Below the pieces are notes generated by a model. It was not told the origin of the DNA and searched no databases. It saw nothing but the letters and a program-made list of their open reading frames with translations. Made by a program: the position numbers and the translations under genes. Of a stretch of DNA of 64,000 nt, positions 19,256 through 35,053 are shown piece after piece; position 1 is the stretch's first letter; the number at the start of each line of letters is the position of its first letter. The DNA lies in assembly GCA_046351595.1 (NCBI GenBank), contig JAXLYE010000002.1:1432022-1496021 (forward strand). Reading direction: 5' to 3'. Source of the stretch: Polyangia bacterium. Its GTDB lineage: Bacteria > Myxococcota_A > Polyangia > Palsa-1104 > JAEUJZ01.

Positions 19256-19954
19256 TCAGGGCTTGGACTCGCCGCCCTCGCCCTCGCCGCTGTTCTTGAC
19301 GTCGATGGCGCTGGGGACGATGCGCTGCAGCGGCTCCTCCTGCGCGGTGGCGGTCGGGATCTCGCCGCGGATGTACGGGTCGACGAGCGCGCGGTCGGCC
19401 GGCTCCACGGTCGGGTGCTTCTCGCCGTAGACCATGAGGCCGCCGCCGACGACCAGGTGCAGGCCGCCGAGGATCATCGCGACCAGCGCGCCGGTGCCGT
19501 CGCTGTAGGCGCGCTGCGAGGTCGGCTGGTCCACGGCCGCACCGACGCCGAGGCCGATGTGGGCGACGCCCATGCCGAGGATCACGCCGCCGACCATGAG
19601 GAACGGGCTGGCCTTGGTGGCGCGCACCCGCAGAAATGCCGGCTCGTCCGCGCGCCCGAGCCCCTTCTTGAGCGCCGGATCGTCGAGGTACAGGTGCCGG
19701 TAGCGCAGCGTCACCGGCTCGCGGTCCTTCTCGCGCAGCGCCGGCAGGAGCGCGCCCTTTCGCGCGTTGTCCGGGACCTCGGTCATGAGCTCGGCCGCCT
19801 TGCGCGGCACCAGGAACGGCTCGGACAGGCTGCACCCCGACGCGACCAGGACGCCGAGCCCGCCGAGCCCGAGCGCCGCCAGCCCCGGGGCGCAGCTCGC
19901 CCGACGCCGCCGACTCCGGCCCCGGTCCCCTCGGGCTCGCTCGCTCGCCGTCAC
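19256..19954 (-). CDS. Hypothetical membrane lipoprotein
   Basis: Lipobox LVASGC, then hydrophobic segments (ASPFLMVGGVILGMGVAHIGLGVG, ALVAMILGGLHLVVGGGLMV). No recognisable catalytic motif. The start is uncertain. Confidence 0.5.
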   Translation of the reverse strand: MTASERARGDRGRSRRRRASCAPGLAALGLGGLGVLVASGCSLSEPFLVPRKAAELMTEVPDNARKGALLPALREKDREPVTLRYRHLYLDDPALKKGLGRADEPAFLRVRATKASPFLMVGGVILGMGVAHIGLGVGAAVDQPTSQRAYSDGTGALVAMILGGLHLVVGGGLMVYGEKHPTVEPADRALVDPYIRGEIPTATAQEEPLQRIVPSAIDVKNSGEGEGGESKP

Positions 19955-19961
19955 CGCCGCC

Positions 19962-22073
<2,112 letters not shown>

Positions 22074-22137
22074 TGGCTCCTCGGGCGCGTGGCAACGAGC
22101 CGGCCTTCTGTGCGGCGAAGGCCGGGCCGGGCGGTGG

Positions 22138-22797
22138 TCAATAAAGGGCCCATGTCAGGTCGGTTTGCCCCAGCGGGCCCGTGACCCGCAAGATGATCTT
22201 GCGCGCCGTCGGACGCGGTACCGGCTGGTCGCCGAGCATCGCCGGGAAGCGCACCAGCCACAGCTTGCCGTAGGGGTCGCGCGACTCGTCCAAAAGCTCG
22301 AGCTGGCGCGGCTGCTCGGCGGTCGAAACCAGCTCGACCTTCTCGGCCACCACCTCGTGCCCCTCGTCGTCGAGCAGCGCCAGGCGCCACTTGCCGACCT
22401 CGGGGCGCAGATCGTTCCAGCGCGGCGAATAGGTCGCCGAGCGCAACCAGAAGGTCACGCTGCTGGCGTCGGCGAGCGCCGCGCCCTCGATGCGGGCGCG
22501 CTCGGCCGGGTCGCTGATGCGGTAGAGCTTCGTGTAGCGGTCGCTGTAGGCGTGCTGGTACGCGCGTGAGCGCAGCGTCGCCGACACCAGCAGCGACGTC
22601 TCCATGTCGCGCGTCGAGATGATGCGGCCCGAGCGGCTCCAGCGGTCGCGCGTCCTTGCGAACGAGGTGCCGGGCGGCTCGGCGTCGGCGCTCAGGCTGA
22701 CCGCCGCGGGCGCGCAGCCGGTCGCGCCCATCCCGATGACGGTGAGGGCAGCCAGCACGACGGCAGAGGTGAGCCGGGCAGCACAAGCGACGAGCAT
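22138..22797 (-). CDS. Hypothetical lipoprotein
   Basis: Signal peptide with lipobox (GMGATGC). 219 aa with no recognisable family. Confidence 0.5.
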   Translation of the reverse strand: MLVACAARLTSAVVLAALTVIGMGATGCAPAAVSLSADAEPPGTSFARTRDRWSRSGRIISTRDMETSLLVSATLRSRAYQHAYSDRYTKLYRISDPAERARIEGAALADASSVTFWLRSATYSPRWNDLRPEVGKWRLALLDDEGHEVVAEKVELVSTAEQPRQLELLDESRDPYGKLWLVRFPAMLGDQPVPRPTARKIILRVTGPLGQTDLTWALY

Positions 22798-22947
22798 GGG
22801 GTGAGTATATCTTTTCCCGACAGCAGCGGGCCGCGGCGAAAGCGGGCCGCGGCGGTTGTCCGGTTCGGGCGATTTGGGCGGTTCGTCCAGGTTTCCGGGC
22901 GGGTCGCCCGGACCCCGCGAGCTCGACCCGAGATCGTGGGTCGAGGG

Positions 22948-23565
22948 CTAGTCCCGCCGCTGCATCGCGCGCTGGCCGAGGCTGGGCAGCGCCGGGATGG
23001 TGCGCTCGGCCGGGGCCGCGGCGGGGCCCGGCGGCGCCGGCGGCGGCTCGGCGTGCGGCATGGCCAGCGCGCCCGGCGGCGACGCCACCGCGGGCACGCT
23101 CACCGGCTGCGTGGTCAGCACGCTCGGCGGCGGCGCGACGGGAGCCGGCGCGGCCGGGGCCTGCTGGACCGGGGCCGGGGCCGGGGCCGGGGCCTGCTGG
23201 ACCGGGGCCGGAGCCGGGGCCGGCGCCGTCGGGCGGGTCACGGCGCCCCCCTCGAGCAGGCTGGCGAGCTGCTGGTCCGAGACAAACGAGACGCGCGTCG
23301 CCATGATCTCTCCGAGCACCCTGCCGCCGACGTGCACGCGCACCGCGTCGCGCGCCTTCAGCGTCCCCTGGAACACACCCGCGACCAGCGCGTCGCCGAC
23401 CTCGGTGTCCTCGCAGCTCACGCTGCCGGTCTTGTTAACGAACAGCCGCCCGCGCACCCGCAGCGGCCCTCCCTCGATCTGGCCCTCAACCGTCAGGTCC
23501 TCCTCGGAGGCGACCTGGCCGATGATCTTGGTGCCAGAACCAATCGTAGTCTTCGTGCTTGCCAT
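22948..23565 (-). CDS. Bactofilin-family cytoskeletal protein with a Pro/Ala/Gln-rich C-terminal tail
   Basis: The N-terminal ~110 aa match the bactofilin (DUF583) fold pattern TKIIGQVASEEDLTVEGQIEGG...RVRGRLFVNKTG...VGD. An APAPAPAPVQQ repeat is encoded at about 23150-23230. Confidence 0.7.
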   Translation of the reverse strand: MASTKTTIGSGTKIIGQVASEEDLTVEGQIEGGPLRVRGRLFVNKTGSVSCEDTEVGDALVAGVFQGTLKARDAVRVHVGGRVLGEIMATRVSFVSDQQLASLLEGGAVTRPTAPAPAPAPVQQAPAPAPAPVQQAPAAPAPVAPPPSVLTTQPVSVPAVASPPGALAMPHAEPPPAPPGPAAAPAERTIPALPSLGQRAMQRRD

Positions 23566-23806
23566 TGTGCGTGCAGGGTATCACCCGAAAAAGCGCGGGG
23601 TCAAACAGCGCTCCGTCGGAGCGGGTCCGGACCGCCGCGGACCCGCGCGCGGTGCGAGGTGGCGGAAACCAGCCGGAGGCGGAAGGGGGATCCGGTGCGC
23701 GGTGTGCGGACCCGGCCGCGGCGCGCCTGCGCGGATCGCTCCTTAAGATCCGAAAGCGGGAGCCCGGGCCGGCCGCGGGGCCTGCTGGGGGGCCGGGCGG
23801 CGCGGC

Positions 23807-23860
23807 TGTCATTTTGGCAAGGGCGCTCCGGCCCGGTCCCGGGGCGCTGTCAATTTGGCA
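23807..23860. promoter_or_regulatory. Two direct copies of the half-palindromic motif TGTCA(T/A)TTTGGCA (23807-23819 and 23848-23860); candidate enhancer sites upstream of the gspC sigma-54 promoter
   Basis: Both copies share the extended context gcGctgtcaWtttggca and lie 87 and 128 bp upstream of the -24 element. Confidence 0.45.
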
Positions 23861-23945
23861 GCCAGGCCGCGGCGCGGCGGCCCGGGCGGGCGCGGGTCCC
23901 CGTCGCTGAGCGGGCCCGGCGCGGCCGGCGGGCGTGGGCCGCTCG

Positions 23946-23961
23946 TGGCATTGACCTTGCA
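23946..23961 (+). promoter_or_regulatory. Sigma-54 (-24/-12) promoter of the gspCDE operon
   Basis: TGGCAT-tgacc-TTGCA matches TGGCAY-N5-TTGCW. The -12 GC is 41 nt before the gspC GTG. Confidence 0.65.
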
Positions 23962-24000
23962 CTGAACCTTTGTGGTAGGACGCGACAGGGAGCCATTGCT

Positions 24001-24933
24001 GTGCTGCTCAAGAAGTACTTCTGGGTGCTGAACCTCGTGGTGATCGCGGTCTGCGCCTCGTTCCTCGGTCGGGCGACCGCCAGCTCGGTGGTCGGGCTGA
24101 TCCTGCGCGGCGACGGGCCGGCGCTGCCTCGGCGCGAGGGCGCGGCGGCGACGAGCAGCGAGCCGGTGCGCAGCAAGGACATCCAGTCCATCCTCGGGCG
24201 CAACATCTTCTGCTCGCAGTGCGCGCCGGTCTCGCTGACGCCCGACAAGCCCGTCGAGGACGGGCCGGTGGACACGACGCCGCAGCGCACGGCGCTGAAC
24301 CTGCAGCTATTGGCGACGATGGTCTCGCCCGGCGACTGGGAGTGGTCGATGGCCGTCATCCGCAACAACGACGACGAGAAGAAGTCCGTTGGCATCTACA
24401 AGCGCGGCGACAGCCTGCCGCTCGGCGGCGCGGTGCTGGCGCAGGTGGTCGAGGGCCGCGCCTACATGGTCGTCGGCAAGCGCGTCGAGTACCTGGACAG
24501 CAACAAGGAGGCGCCGCCGCCTCCGCCGCCGACCTCGGTGGCCAGCGTCGAGCCGATGCCCGGCGACGCGACCGGGCTGGAGAAGGACATCGACAAGGGC
24601 GTACGCTGCTCGGGCGCAAACTGCGAGGTCGACCGGAGCCTCATCGACAAGGTCCTGGCCAACACCACGGCGCTTGCCACGAGCGCGCGCTTCGTGCCCT
24701 CGATCAAGGACGGCAAGCCCAACGGCTTCAAGCTCTACGCCATCCGCCCCGGCTCGATGTTCGCGAAGATCGGGCTGCAGAACGCGGATCTGATCAAGGC
24801 CATCAACGGACTCGACATGGCGACCCCGGACAAGGCGCTTGAGGCGTACACCAAGCTCAAGAGCGCCTCGCACCTGACGGTCATGGTCGAGCGCCACGGC
24901 CAGAACATCACCCTCGATTACCAGATTCGGTGA
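24001..24933 (+). CDS. gspC: Type II secretion system protein C (N-terminal transmembrane helix plus C-terminal PDZ domain)
   Basis: GTG start giving LLKKYFWVLNLVVIAVCASFLG, which is GspC-like. The C-terminal PDZ-like region includes GFKLYAIRPGSMFAKIGLQNADLIKAINGLDMATPDKALEAY. It lies directly upstream of gspD. The longer ORF from 22801 is read-through. Confidence 0.75.
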   Translation: MLLKKYFWVLNLVVIAVCASFLGRATASSVVGLILRGDGPALPRREGAAATSSEPVRSKDIQSILGRNIFCSQCAPVSLTPDKPVEDGPVDTTPQRTALNLQLLATMVSPGDWEWSMAVIRNNDDEKKSVGIYKRGDSLPLGGAVLAQVVEGRAYMVVGKRVEYLDSNKEAPPPPPPTSVASVEPMPGDATGLEKDIDKGVRCSGANCEVDRSLIDKVLANTTALATSARFVPSIKDGKPNGFKLYAIRPGSMFAKIGLQNADLIKAINGLDMATPDKALEAYTKLKSASHLTVMVERHGQNITLDYQIR

Positions 24934-27578
24934 GCGTGAACATGACGACGCGGTTCAGACGGCTGCTTCCCAATTTTTTATACGGGCCCGTGCTCGGGGC
25001 CGTGCTCGGGGCGGTGCTCGCGCCCGGCGCGGCCTTGGCGCAGAAGACCCCGGCCACGGACCCGACGCGCATGATCCGCGTCGCCAACCCGGCCACCGCG
25101 GCGCCGCTGAACGTGCAGCCGGGTCCGACGTCGCCGCCGCCGCCGGCCGCCAGCCCCGGGTCGGTGGTGTCCCCGGGCGCCGCGGGCCAGGCCGCCGGCG
25201 CCGGCCAGAAGGCCGCCGACGACCTGCCGCTGCCCGGCGAGAAGGAGTTCAACGAGTGCCGGACCTTCCCGGGCAACAAGAAGGTCAGCATCAACCTCAA
25301 GCCCGAGACCGAGCTGCTCGAGCTGATCGGCTGGATCAAGGCGATCTCGTGCCGGCCGTTCATCCTGCCGGCCAACATCCGCCAGTCCAAGGTGACGATC
25401 ATCGCGCCGCAGCTGGTCACCGCGAACGAGGCCTACCGCATCTTCCTCTCGGCGCTCGAGTCGATGGGCCTGACCGTGCAGCCCGACGGCAAGGTCCTCA
25501 AGATCATCGAGAGCAGCCGCGCCCGCGAGTCGTCGATCCCGGTGGTCGCGCCGGGTGAGGTGGTGCCGCGCGCCGAGCAGTTCGTGACGCGCCTTTTGCG
25601 CCTGAAGAACATCACGCCCGACGAGGTCGTGCAGGTGCTGAACCGCCTCAAGGGCCGCGACGGCGACATCATGCCGTACGCCACGACGAACACCCTGGTC
25701 ATCACCGACCTGGCGTCGAACATCCGCCGCATGGAGGACGTGGTGCGGGCGCTCGACGTGCCGATGAGCGGCGAGAAGATCTGGGTGATTCGCCTGCGCA
25801 ACATCGTCGCCACCGAGGTGACGCAGATGCTGCAGCAGGTCTTCGGCGTCGGCAAGCAGGCGGGCAGCGGCCAGGCGCGGCGGCCGCCGATCAGCGTCAG
25901 CAGCGCCGGCAGCGACAACGGCCAGCCCGGCCCGAGCAACGAGGGCGGCGACTCGATCAGCCAGATCTACGCCGACGACCGCACCAACTCGATCATCCTG
26001 GTCGCGGCCGAGCGTACGTACCAGCGCGTCTTCGCGCTGATCAAGCGCCTGGAGGTCCAGAGCAGCACCGGTCCCACCGGCCGCATCCACGTCTACGCGC
26101 TGGAGAACGCGCTGGCCGAGGACATGTCGCAGGTGCTCGGCGGCCTCGGCATCTCGGTGAGCAGCAGCGGCGCCCGCCCCGGCCAGCGGCCCGGCGCCCG
26201 CCCGACGCCGCAGAGCAGCGGCGGCTCGGGCCAGGGCAACACCGGCATCTTCCAGGACGAGGTCAAGGTCACCCCGGACAAGGCGACGAACTCGCTGGTC
26301 ATCGTCGCCACCAACAAGGACTTTTTGACGCTGCGCGACGTCATCCGCCGCCTCGATCTGCCGCGCCGGCAGGTCTTCATCGAGGCGACGGTGATGGAGG
26401 TGACCATCGCCAAGCAGCGCAACCTCGGCCTCGCGTATCACGGCGGCTACCCGATCGACATCGCCGGTCAGCAGACCACGGTCATCGGCGGCCTGGAGAG
26501 CGGCAAGCTCAACTCGCTGTCGCCGCTGTCGGCGCTCGCGCTGACCGGCCTGGTCGGCGGCGCCATCGGCCCGCAGTTCTCGGCCAACAGCATCTTCGGC
26601 CAGGGCGCGACCGGGACCGGCAGCTCGGTGCTGCCGCCGATGTTCGGTGTGCTCATCCAGGCGCTGCAGACCAACAGCGAGAGCAACGTCCTGCAGGTGC
26701 CCAACATCCTCACCACTGACAACGAGAAGGCGACGATCACCGTCGGCCAGAACCTGCCGTTCCCGAGCGCCCTGACCTCGAGCCTGCCGCTCGGAGCCGG
26801 CAGCGCCGCCGCGTCGCTGACGCCGTTCCAGTCGGTGCAGCGCCAGGACGTGCAGCTCAAGCTCGAGATCACGCCGCACATCAGCGCCGGCGAGCAGGTC
26901 CGCCTCGAGATCGACCACGAGGTCAGCGACGTCTTCGACAAGAACTACAACAACCTCGGCCCGGCGACGACCAAGCGCACGCTCAAGACCGTCGCCGTGG
27001 TGCGCGACCAGCAGCCGGTGGTGCTCGGCGGCATCATGAAGGACCGGGTCAACGAGTCGGTGACCAAGATCCCAGTGCTCGGCGACATCCCGATCCTCGG
27101 CTACCTGTTCAAGAACAAGGAGCGCTCGATCGACAAGCAGATGCTGCTGATCGTGCTGACGCCCTACATCATCAACGACCCGTCCGAGCTGTCGCGCATC
27201 TTCGAGCGCAAGACGCGCGAGCGCCGCGAGTTCATCGAGAGCTACACCGCCTTCGCCGACGACCGCGACGTCGCCACCGCGATCGACTACACCCGCAAGC
27301 GCGGCGCGCTCGAGGAGATCAACCGCACCGCGGTCGAGGCCGAGCGCGAGATGGTCGAGCTGCGCGCCGCCGAGCAGTCGCTCAACCGCGACTTCATCGA
27401 CGCCGGGCCGGTCGAGCTGCCGCCGATGCCGCGCGGACCGGCCCCCGGGGGCGCGGGCGCCGCGCCGGTGTCGCCGGGCCTGGCGCCGAAGCTGCCGCCG
27501 CCGCCGACCTCGGGCACGCCGGCCGCACCGAGCCCGCCGGTCGCGCCGCAGCCGGGACCGGGCCAGGCCCCGGGCTAG
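24930..27578 (+). CDS. gspD: Type II secretion system secretin
   Basis: 882 aa with a signal peptide, N0-N3 domain repeats and a conserved secretin C-domain (VLGGIMKDRVNESVTKIPVLGDIPILGYLFKNKER...LLIVLTPYII). The start is GTG 24930 or ATG 24942. Confidence 0.9.
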   Translation: MSVNMTTRFRRLLPNFLYGPVLGAVLGAVLAPGAALAQKTPATDPTRMIRVANPATAAPLNVQPGPTSPPPPAASPGSVVSPGAAGQAAGAGQKAADDLPLPGEKEFNECRTFPGNKKVSINLKPETELLELIGWIKAISCRPFILPANIRQSKVTIIAPQLVTANEAYRIFLSALESMGLTVQPDGKVLKIIESSRARESSIPVVAPGEVVPRAEQFVTRLLRLKNITPDEVVQVLNRLKGRDGDIMPYATTNTLVITDLASNIRRMEDVVRALDVPMSGEKIWVIRLRNIVATEVTQMLQQVFGVGKQAGSGQARRPPISVSSAGSDNGQPGPSNEGGDSISQIYADDRTNSIILVAAERTYQRVFALIKRLEVQSSTGPTGRIHVYALENALAEDMSQVLGGLGISVSSSGARPGQRPGARPTPQSSGGSGQGNTGIFQDEVKVTPDKATNSLVIVATNKDFLTLRDVIRRLDLPRRQVFIEATVMEVTIAKQRNLGLAYHGGYPIDIAGQQTTVIGGLESGKLNSLSPLSALALTGLVGGAIGPQFSANSIFGQGATGTGSSVLPPMFGVLIQALQTNSESNVLQVPNILTTDNEKATITVGQNLPFPSALTSSLPLGAGSAAASLTPFQSVQRQDVQLKLEITPHISAGEQVRLEIDHEVSDVFDKNYNNLGPATTKRTLKTVAVVRDQQPVVLGGIMKDRVNESVTKIPVLGDIPILGYLFKNKERSIDKQMLLIVLTPYIINDPSELSRIFERKTRERREFIESYTAFADDRDVATAIDYTRKRGALEEINRTAVEAEREMVELRAAEQSLNRDFIDAGPVELPPMPRGPAPGGAGAAPVSPGLAPKLPPPPTSGTPAAPSPPVAPQPGPGQAPG

Positions 27579-27627
27579 CCGCGCGCCGGCCCCAGCAGGA
27601 CCCAAAGCACAAGAGACAGGCACCCCC

Positions 27628-29580
<1,953 letters not shown>

Positions 29581-29599
29581 GCGCGCGCGGGCCCGGGCC

Positions 29600-29672
29600 G
29601 GCGAGCCTGTGCGGGCGAGCCTGTGCGGGCGAGCCTGTGCGGGCGAGCCTGTGCGGGCGAGCCTGTGCGGAT
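29600..29672. repeat. Intergenic tandem repeat, 15 bp x5 (cgagcctgtgcgggc)
   Basis: Seen directly. It lies between the gspE stop and the next gene. Confidence 0.85.
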
Positions 29673-29694
29673 GAGATCATGCGATGATCGCGGG

Positions 29695-30300
29695 ATGATG
29701 GAATCGCGCGATCGGTCGCTGCCGCCGCGGCCTGCGGCTCGGGGCCTCTCTCGCCGCTGCCTGCTCGCCGGCGGCCTGCTGCTCGTGCTCACCGGCTGTC
29801 CGTCGACGGGCCAGCGTCGGGGCGAGGGCGGCGGGGCGCTGTTCTTTGCGCAGGTGCAGGCGCTCTCGGGCGGCTTTCCGCAGCCGCTGCGGACCGGCCA
29901 GCCGGTCGCCGCCGGCGAGCGCTTCGGCCTGCTGGTCGAGTCCAGGGAGCCGCGCTACCTGCAGCTCGCGCTGCTCGCGCCCGACGACCCGACGCCGACG
30001 CTGTGGCCGCAGGAGGACGTGGCGCCGCCGCGGCTTCAGCCGGGCCGGCCGGTCAACATCCCGGGCTCGACGCACTGGTTCCGCGCCGAGCCGCGGGCCG
30101 GGCAGGGCGCGCTCGTGCTGGTGCTGTCGCCCGAGCCGCTGTCGCCGTCGGAGCTCTCGGCGAAGGTGCACGAGCCGCCGCTCGCGCCGCTGCCGGCGCA
30201 CGCGCTCGGAGCCGCCGCCGGGCGCGATCCCGCGGCGTGGAGCGCGTGGTCGCTGCCGCCCGGCCCGGCCGTGCTGCGGCTGTCGCTGCCGCAGCGCTAG
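29695..30300 (+). CDS. Hypothetical lipoprotein
   Basis: MMESRDR...LLAGGLLLVLTGC lipobox. 201 aa, Pro-rich, no catalytic motif. Confidence 0.55.
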   Translation: MMESRDRSLPPRPAARGLSRRCLLAGGLLLVLTGCPSTGQRRGEGGGALFFAQVQALSGGFPQPLRTGQPVAAGERFGLLVESREPRYLQLALLAPDDPTPTLWPQEDVAPPRLQPGRPVNIPGSTHWFRAEPRAGQGALVLVLSPEPLSPSELSAKVHEPPLAPLPAHALGAAAGRDPAAWSAWSLPPGPAVLRLSLPQR

Positions 30301-30308
30301 CCGGCCGG

Positions 30309-31133
30309 CTAGCGGGCCGATCCTGGGGTGGTGCGGGCGAGCTCGCGCCAGCTCGGCACCGGCTCGCGGTCGCAGCGCAGCAGCGTGCCCTCGCCGATTG
30401 TGCGCCAGGGCTCGTCGGTCATCTCCTCGGAGGCGATGAGCACGGCGTGGCGCTGCGGCGTCCACGGCGTCTCGATGGCGGCGCCGGTCTCGTGCGACTC
30501 GCGGTGGACGCGGACCTGATCGCTGGGCCGCCGCTCGAGCAGGAACAGGGTGCGGCCGAAGCGGTGCGCGTACATCACGCTGCCGTCGGACAACAGGAAG
30601 TTGCAGGCGCCGAACGACGGCTGCTGCAGCGCCCGGCGCAGCGCCGCGGCGAGCGCCTCGTCGGTGCGCATCGACGCCGGCTGGGTGCTGACGCCGGCCT
30701 GATCGAGGCAGGTGAGCAGGTACGCGAAGAACAGCTCGCTGTCGGTCTGGCCCTCGATCTGCTTCAGCCGCTCGGTCGAGCTGCTCGCGCGCAGGAAGTC
30801 GGTGTCGGTGATGGTGCCGTTGTGCGCGAACACCCAGCGCTCGCGCTGGAACGGGTGGGTGTTGGCCAGCGTCGTCTCACCGACGGTCCGCGAGCGCACG
30901 TGCGACAGCAGCAGCTCGCCCTGGATGGTCGATGCCGCCTGGTAGTAGTGCTCGCAGCCGGCCGCGCGCACCGGCCGCTTCTGCACGGTCCAGCCCTCGT
31001 GGCTGTCGTAGACCGCGATGCCCCAGCCGTGCGGGTGCTCGCTCGACAGCGAGGCCAGGCTGCGCGGCGCGGCCTGCAGCGAGAAGTGGAAGCTCGTTCG
31101 CTCGCTCGAGACGATGCCCAGCAGACGACACAT
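30309..31133 (-). CDS. Class II (Ntn-type) glutamine amidotransferase, YafJ-like
   Basis: Starts MCRLLGIVS, where the N-terminal Cys directly after Met is the class II GATase hallmark. HPHGWGIA and FAHNGTI motifs are present. The longer ORF reaching 31271 is read-through; the ATG at 31133 is preferred. Confidence 0.7.
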   Translation of the reverse strand: MCRLLGIVSSERTSFHFSLQAAPRSLASLSSEHPHGWGIAVYDSHEGWTVQKRPVRAAGCEHYYQAASTIQGELLLSHVRSRTVGETTLANTHPFQRERWVFAHNGTITDTDFLRASSSTERLKQIEGQTDSELFFAYLLTCLDQAGVSTQPASMRTDEALAAALRRALQQPSFGACNFLLSDGSVMYAHRFGRTLFLLERRPSDQVRVHRESHETGAAIETPWTPQRHAVLIASEEMTDEPWRTIGEGTLLRCDREPVPSWRELARTTPGSAR

Positions 31134-31288
31134 GGTTGCCCATAGTATGGCCCGCGGCGCCGGCAACGACGATGTGCGGTTGCGCGCAGCGCGGGCAGGT
31201 CGTCGGGCCGCACCTGATCCCGCTTTCAAAGTACCCTGTGGTGGCCGCGGCGCCTTCGCGGCTGTGGGCAAGGAGGAGGAGGACCACC

Positions 31289-31915
31289 ATGAGCTACCGG
31301 CTGTACTACTTCCCGCTGCGCGGACGCGGCGAGCAGATCCGCCTGATGCTGCACGCGCTGATGCAGCCGTTCGAGGACGTCGCGGTGAAGCGCGATCAGT
31401 TCGTGGAGATGAAGAAGGAAGGGCCGCGCCAGCTGGCCTTCGGCTCGCTGCCGATGCTGGAGGACGGTGAGCTGCGCCTGGTGCAGGGGCCGGTGATCCT
31501 CGGCTACCTGGCGCGCAAGCACGGCGCGGCGCCGACGGATCTGAAGCAGGCGGCGCGGGCCGACGCGATCGCGCTCGGCGCCGAGGACCTGCGCACCAAG
31601 TACTTCGGCACCCTGAGCGGCGACAACGCCGACGAGAAGAAGGCGGCCTTCCGCGACGGCGACTGGCGGACCCGCTGGCTGCCGTCGCTGGAGGGCCTGC
31701 TCGAGCTCAATGCGGGTACCGGTGGCACCGGCGACACCGGCTTCTTCGTCGGCGACAGCCTGACCCACGCGGACATCGCGGTGTGGGACGCGCTCGACGG
31801 CGTGCTGACCAACATCGCCGGCGCGACGCTCGACGGCTTCCCGCGCCTGGTGCGCTTCCGCGAGTCAATCGCCAAGCGCCCGGCCATCGCCGAGTACCTG
31901 CTGCAGCGCAAGTGA
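31289..31915 (+). CDS. Glutathione S-transferase
   Basis: A strong RBS (aggaggaggagga) precedes the ATG. It has the GST N-terminal thioredoxin-like pattern (YYFPLRGRGEQIRLML) and a C-terminal helical domain. Confidence 0.75.
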   Translation: MSYRLYYFPLRGRGEQIRLMLHALMQPFEDVAVKRDQFVEMKKEGPRQLAFGSLPMLEDGELRLVQGPVILGYLARKHGAAPTDLKQAARADAIALGAEDLRTKYFGTLSGDNADEKKAAFRDGDWRTRWLPSLEGLLELNAGTGGTGDTGFFVGDSLTHADIAVWDALDGVLTNIAGATLDGFPRLVRFRESIAKRPAIAEYLLQRK

Positions 31916-31995
31916 CCGGCGCGGGGGACACAAGAAGGTTTCCCGCTTCAATAATAGCCCTTGCTCGCGCGGCGCGCGGTGTTTACCGATGCTGC

Positions 31996-34026
<2,031 letters not shown>

Positions 34027-34042
34027 CCGCTGCGCGGCCGCG

Positions 34043-34118
34043 ATCACCGGCAACGATCACGGCAACGAGCACGGCAACGAGCACGGCAACGAGCACGGCA
34101 ACGAGCACAACAGCGATC
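34043..34118. repeat. Intergenic tandem repeat, 12 bp x5-6 (cacggcaacgag)
   Basis: Seen directly, just downstream of the htpG stop. Confidence 0.85.
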
Positions 34119-34316
34119 GCTGCGTTAGCGCTGCGCGCGCGCTGCGTGCGCTACAACGATCGCTGCGCGGTCGCCGGCCGCTTTTGTCGGGCCGGGGCCG
34201 CGCAACTGCGCTTTAATGCGCCCGGCGGTCGCCCCCGGACGCTGCCGCCGCGGGCCTGCCTGCGGACACGACGAAGCCCAAGCCTGAAGGAGAACGCCTT
34301 GGCCGAACAAGACACG

Positions 34317-34754
34317 ATGACCCTTGTCGACAAGATCGCGGCTGCACCCAAGCGGCAGCAGGTGATCAAGGACTGCGAGCTGCTCATCGACGAGGAAGTG
34401 AAGAAGAAGGGCGGCCTCTCGGGCATGGCCATCAAGATGGCCTACTCGCTGGTCAAGGCGGTGAAGCCGGGCTTCATGGGCGAGGCCGTGGATCACCTGC
34501 TCGACGACTTCGCGCGGCGGCTCGATCCGTTCTACCAGGCGGCGCGCACCTCGGACCGGCCGCTGACCGGCCAGTTCGTCGAGCGCAGCGGCGAGATCGC
34601 CGAGGCGCTGCTGGGCATCACCGACTCGCGCGCGCAGCGGGCCCAGAACGCCGCGGTCAAGAAGAGCTACGAGAAGCTGCGCCCCTCGGCCAAGGCCCAC
34701 GTCGTCGAGGCGGTGCCCGGCATTGCCCGCCTGATCGAGAAGCACACCGCCTGA
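34317..34754 (+). CDS. Small hypothetical helical protein (145 aa)
   Basis: An RBS (gaaggagaa) lies upstream of the ATG, GC3 is high, and there is no signal peptide. The longer ORF from 33000 is read-through of the htpG region. Confidence 0.5.
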   Translation: MTLVDKIAAAPKRQQVIKDCELLIDEEVKKKGGLSGMAIKMAYSLVKAVKPGFMGEAVDHLLDDFARRLDPFYQAARTSDRPLTGQFVERSGEIAEALLGITDSRAQRAQNAAVKKSYEKLRPSAKAHVVEAVPGIARLIEKHTA

Positions 34755-35053
34755 CCTGCGGCGCGCCTGCAGGCCTCCGTTCCGAGCGCGGCCCGGCACT
34801 GGCCAGACAGCCCGGCCAGTCAGGGCGGTGCCCGGTCCGGCGCCTGGCGCACCGAGCTTGGGCGTGCGATCCACATCGGACCAGGCTGGCCGCTCACGAA
34901 CCAGGCCGGGCCAGACCGAACGGGCCGGGGGCTGGCCTGCGCAGGCCCGGTCTGGCAGGGTAGGGCAGGGCTTGGTAAACCAGCGCGAACCGGGGTACAC
35001 TGAGCTTCCCCAGTGGGTAGATGCTCTCGCCGCTGCTGCCCCTAGACGCAAAC

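Noticed and set aside
22801-24933. 710-aa ORF starting at 22801
   Set aside because: It runs antisense through the bactofilin gene with an Arg-rich nonsense N-terminus. The true gspC starts at GTG 24001, behind a sigma-54 promoter.
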